This document shows, in pieces, positions 59,289 to 64,000 of a stretch of DNA of 64,000 bases. The notes under the pieces were generated by a model. That model was not told the DNA's origin. It made no database searches and saw only the letters and a program-made list of their open reading frames with translations. The stretch covers positions 218,178,001 to 218,242,000 of the forward strand of contig OZ024741.1 in assembly GCA_964016885.1 (NCBI GenBank). Reading direction: 5' to 3'. Position numbers and translations under genes: made by a program. Each line of letters starts with the position of its first letter. Within the stretch, counting starts at the first letter, position 1. The DNA comes from Eledone cirrhosa. Its lineage: Eukaryota.

Positions 59289-59655
59289 ATAAATGCTCTG
59301 AAATAGCGATATATATGTGAAGATAGACATAGAATATTCGAAAATATTCTGTATGTTTATAATAAACATTTTGAAAACCTAATCGCTATAGAATAGAATA
59401 CGTCACGTATTACAATTAGATTCTCGATAAAAGCAAGGGAAGTAACCTACGCGTTTCAAAATGTTTATTATAAACATACAGAATATTTTCGAATATTCTA
59501 TGTCTATCTTCACATATATATCGCTATTTCAGAGCATTTATTCCAATTTCTAATTTCTGCCGGACCGGCAACCGCTCTTTCAAACCAGTTCCTGTACACA
59601 GCTAAGTATTCTATAAGTCTCTAGCTGTGTCATTCTCGATAAAAGCACTGGATAT

Positions 59656-59698
59656 GTAATCCTGAAGATTTCTAATAAGAATGAAACGCGTAGGTTAC
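59656..59698 (+). ncRNA. Type I hammerhead ribozyme
   Basis: gtaatc-CTGAAGA-t-ttct aata agaa-t-GAAA-cgcg-TA-ggttac. Confidence 0.85.
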
Positions 59699-59965
59699 TT
59701 CCCTTGCTTTTATCGAGAATCTAATTGTAATACGTGACGTATTCTATTCTATAGCGATTAGGTCTTCAAAATGTTTATTATAAACATACAGAATATTTTC
59801 GAATATTCTATGTCTATCTTCACATATATATCGCTATTTCAGAGCATTTATTCCAATTTCTAATTTCTGCCGGACCGGCAACCGCTCTTTCAAACCAGTT
59901 CCTGTACACAGCTAAGTATTCTATAAGTCTCTAGCTGTGTCATTCTCGATAAAAGCACTGGATAT

Positions 59966-60008
59966 GTAATCCTGAAGATTTCTAATAAGAATGAAACGCG
60001 TAGGTTAC
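59966..60008 (+). ncRNA. Type I hammerhead ribozyme (second tandem copy)
   Basis: Identical to 59656-59698. Confidence 0.85.
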
Positions 60009-60130
60009 TTCCTTTGCTTTTATCGAGAATCTAATTGTAATACGTGACGTATTCTATTCTATAGCGATTAGGTCTTCAAAATGTTTATTATAAACATACA
60101 GAATATTTTCGAATATTCTATGTCTATCTT

Positions 60131-60238
<108 letters not shown>

Positions 60239-60347
60239 AGTGTGTGTGAAGAAAATCAATAATTTATCGCGAAATAAATACTTTTCTTTATATTTTGTTA
60301 TTGTGTATGCAAAAATATCTGTACACGAATATATAATTATATATATA

Positions 60348-60470
60348 TATTAAAATAACAGATTAAAGTTTAAGCAAAGAATCGCTGCTTTCACCCTTAA
60401 CAGGATCTTCTGAAACTAAAAATATCAATCTGTGAACGCAGAAGTAAATATTTCGAAAAACGTTACAAAC
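60348..60470 (-). mobile_element. pLTR 3' fragment of the Naiad-like family
   Basis: Reverse complement of about 50805-50925. Confidence 0.75.
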
Positions 60471-60629
60471 TATATATATATACACACTATATATATACGC
60501 ACACACACCGCGTCATAATGTCGTAATGCAGACAGCCAGACATACAGACAGATATTATAAGGGAGCAACGTTATATCTATGTATCTATCTAAATAGAGAA
60601 AGACTAAGAATTATAGAGAGAGATCACCA

Positions 60630-61230
60630 AATCGCCTAATGCTGTCCCTAGGGTATTGACAATTTGAAATTTCTTTTCCTCAAAACACTCACAGGACCAT
60701 AAGTATTACATGTGTAAAGTTTGAAAACAATCGGTTGTGTGGTTCTCGAGTTTTAGTGAGCTGACAGACAGACAGACATTCTCTGTTTTATATATATACT
60801 AGCAGAGGTACCCCTTTGCTCGGGTATTAAATAGCAGTTATGTATACCATTTATGTCAATACTTCAGTGCTGCTTCGAAAAATATACTTTTACAAAATCA
60901 TCGGCTTTTTCCAAAAGGGGTTCCTGCCCCCAGGGGTCCCCTACTCAATATGTGCCAATTCTGAGAGTTCACATTCATCTGTAGAACAAACGTAGCCCAT
61001 GTGTCAAGTTTTGTGAAAATCGGTTGCGAACTCCAGAAGTTATGGCGTTTTTTGCATTGCACTGCAGTGCTTCAGTCAACTTCAAGGAAGTGGTTAAAGG
61101 GGGTTATCTGCCGGGAGGCCCTATAATCAATATCTGTAAAAATGAAAGTGCCCATGACCATCCGGAGTAAATAAGTAACCTATGTCTTAAGTTTGGTGAA
61201 AATACTGTAGAAATGCATAAGGTTTACACA
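60630..61230 (-). mobile_element. Non-autonomous Helitron-like fragments
   Basis: (GACA)n..ttttatatata terminus at 60765-60797; actag + ggtacc..gggta hairpin at 60798-60827; repeated aagttt..aaaatcgg motif. Confidence 0.55.
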
Positions 61231-61349
61231 CGCACGCGCGTGTGTGTGTGTTTGTGTGTGTGTATGTATTTGTGTATGCGTATGTATATGTATGTGTATG
61301 TCTGTCGGCGCATACGTATGTACTGGCCTAAATCTTCACTATTTACTTT

Positions 61350-61480
61350 TACTATTTTAAGGCAAAGTTAAAATCCCGTCGAGGTAAATTTTGCCTTTCA
61401 TCCTTACGGGCTCGATAAAATAAAGTACCAGTAATGTACTGGTTTATTGCTGGCCTTGTGCTAAAAGTAGAAACAACTAT
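61350..61480 (+). mobile_element. ATT-family SINE 3' half
   Basis: ttgcctttcatccttacggg..aaagtaccagt..ggccttgtgc. Confidence 0.8.
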
Positions 61481-61524
61481 TTTAATAACCTCTGTCATTT
61501 TCGTTTACAGTTTTATATACATCA

Positions 61525-61833
61525 TTCTTAAACTCCGGGGCTGGAAATCATTCGGTTATTTTAAATAGAATATTAGTCTAACGACTCCATTTACACCATA
61601 AACTTGGTCTTGTCTTTGCATGAAATTGTTCTTCTCGATCCACATAACGACGTATTATCCTCGCTTTTTGTCTGTTCATTACCAGGGAACGTCTTCACGA
61701 ACCAAAATATCGTCTTCCTGTTTTCCTTCGGTTGCAACGTTTCTCGAAATATTTAATTCTGTTCACATTTTGAATTTTTTAGTTTAAGAAGATCCCCTTA
61801 ATGTTGAAAGCAGCGATTCTTTGCTTAAACTTT
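61525..61833 (+). mobile_element. pLTR fragment of the Naiad-like family
   Basis: Homologous to about 50480-50905. Confidence 0.75.
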
Positions 61834-61947
61834 CTTTCTTTCTCAACCCCTCTCCCTTTTTTCTCATACCCCCTCTCTCTCTCTCTCTTTCTTTCTCACT
61901 CATACCCTCTCTCTCTTCCTCTACAGAATGGAGAACAATAAAGAACG

Positions 61948-62018
<71 letters not shown>

Positions 62019-62065
62019 TTATGTATATATATGTGTTTGTGTGTGTGTGAACCAACGTTCGTCGC

Positions 62066-62119
<54 letters not shown>

Positions 62120-62394
62120 ATCTGATTATCTTGTACCTCTCTCTGTATAACGACCTATCCCACTCTCTCTCTACATCTCCCTTTCTCTCTTTACATGTAT
62201 ATGTATATGTGTGTGTGTGTGTGTGTGTGATATATATAGAGAGAGAGTTGCAACATGCATGTAGTTTCATAGATTTTTTAGGGTAGTAGTGTATTCAAAT
62301 AGGTTTGTTTTCAAGTAAAAATATTTTATTCATAGTTGTACGAACAACATTACAAATCGTTTGCAATTCCTTCAGAATGAAAATATAAACAGAG

Positions 62395-62685
62395 CATATA
62401 AATAAATTTACAGTAGAAAAACATAACAAATATGTTTTAAATATATACATAAATAACATTACAAATGCCTCGGTAACAATACAAAGGATGATATAATGAA
62501 AGATATATTCCTTCAATGCTACAATATTAAAGGAAATGTAAAAGAAGGGGTGAACAACGGAGCCAACACCAGAGCAAAAGACAGCAGCGTCGCGAGTACT
62601 GGGCAACCTCTCTAATGATTTTTGAGGCAAGCCAGCACACTCGCAGCGTTGCCTCGGGTGATGGCGAGGCTGGTGCGCTGAAATA
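62395..62685 (-). mobile_element. 3' end of a third CRE-like element
   Basis: Reverse complement encodes FQRTSLAITRGNAASVLACLKNH*, followed by a U-rich 3'UTR. Confidence 0.7.
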
Positions 62686-62889
62686 TTGTTTTAAAAGACT
62701 TTTTGATGGAAATGAAGCAAAACGGAAGCTTAATGTTGAAACTTCGAACTCATGAATTTTGCTGAGTCGAAAACTGTTGCGTATTTTTGTACCTTTGCAC
62801 GTTTATTCGTAACGTAAATAGATAAACAAATGACGCCATAAAAGGGAAATAACTCGTCTCTCATTTCTATTTATACATTTGAACTGAAA

Positions 62890-63069
62890 AATCAATACAT
62901 TACAAATTTGATTTTTGCACTTGGCGTGGGTCGATTTGAAAATGTTTTTGACCAATGTCTCCGCCGGACCTTCATCTATAAGTGTAGCAATTTTAGCGAA
63001 ATTTGAACGTACAGTTTAGGAGGAGATGTGTACCAACCGTTTTAGTAGACAGACAGACAGACAACCTCA

Positions 63070-63080
<11 letters not shown>
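62890..63080 (-). mobile_element. Helitron-like terminal fragment
   Basis: (GACA)n..gttttatatata terminus like 60765-60797. Confidence 0.45.
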
Positions 63081-63127
<47 letters not shown>

Positions 63128-63561
63128 TCAATACATAAACAGAGAAAGCCTTAAGCGATACTCCGACCAACTCCATCTCACTCAACAAACATTAGGATAT
63201 ACTAAAGTATTATCCCAATTTAGTGTTTGGGTGCTAACTAATCAGTATTTCGTGGATAGCTGGTTGTATTATTTTATATGAGACATTATTAAATAAATAT
63301 CTCATTTCTTCCAGACGGCCGTTTCGTTATAAGATTTCTACAATTTGGGATAAATAATTTCCAGGTTATGTAGAAACTTGTATATAATCCATAGTTTTAT
63401 ACACAAGCGTTCGGTTTAGGGTGTATGCTGAGGGTCTGTAGACTGATTGGAGCATATATATATATATGTGTGTGTATGTAAAAGGTAAACAGAAATAACA
63501 ACACAATCGGTACAGTATATGGAAGGGATATATTAGGTTGACGCTTGATACATCAGGAAGA

Positions 63562-63605
63562 AGGTCTTAACGTTTCGGACTCTAGTCCTTCATCAGAAAA
63601 AGAAT
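63562..63605 (-). ncRNA. Minimal hammerhead-like motif in a probable Penelope pLTR (about 63480-64000)
   Basis: Reverse complement: CTGATGA-a-ggac taga gtcc-GAAA-cgtt; weak stem I. Confidence 0.6.
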
Positions 63606-64000
63606 GAGAAATAAGATAGATTGAGGGGACGGGCGGGCTGGAATTGGAAAAACTATCTTTAGATAAAAATAACAGGTCCATTCATGTTGACATCTCTTGC
63701 AAAACTGTTGGTGCTGCCGTTTTGTGTATGATTTATTGTTTTAGAAAAGTGGATGATGGAGCACGTCTACCTGAAATGGAAAAAAAAACTGTTTTGTAAA
63801 AAGAGCTATACTTGAACACGTGCTTAAGCATGTGTGTGTGTGTGTGTGTGTTATTATACGTCCGTACGAAGCTAAAAATAAATGTGTGTGTATATGTGAG
63901 TAAAAGAGTGTGTATGCATGTAAGTACGAAGCTATGAGCAAAAGTGTGTTAATATAAGGGTGTGTATGCGTGTATACAGAACAGTGAAGGGTAAAGTGGA

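Overview
This is repeat-saturated eukaryotic DNA with no recognisable host gene. An animal source is very likely. The SINE types and (TA)n/(CA)n/(ATT)n load resemble coleoid cephalopod (Octopus-like) genomes, but this taxon call is pattern recognition, not a search. Positions 1-37.2 kb are dominated by five L1/Tx1-clade non-LTR retrotransposons (APE endonuclease + RT + zf-RVT): copy A on the minus strand and copies B-E in a near-contiguous head-to-tail array, each starting inside an (ATT)n tract. This part also holds CRE-like (RLE) and RTE relics and a 2.6 kb pentamer satellite. Positions 37-64 kb contain several Penelope-like elements (RT + GIY-YIG) with inverted or tandem pseudo-LTRs, about ten hammerhead or hammerhead-like motifs, Helitron pieces, tRNA-derived SINEs and microsatellites. 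The most interesting signals are four. (1) A covarying RNA hairpin inside Tx1 ORF2 in which copies C and D carry an in-frame UAG whose A sits in an A-C mismatch, a candidate ADAR amber-to-Trp switch. (2) An (ATT)n self-targeting tandem array. (3) A CUUGU-loop 3' stem-loop shared by the Tx1 elements and a SINE. (4) A conserved GTAAGT splice donor at every ORF1 end. All alignments and pairings were done by eye; boundaries are approximate.
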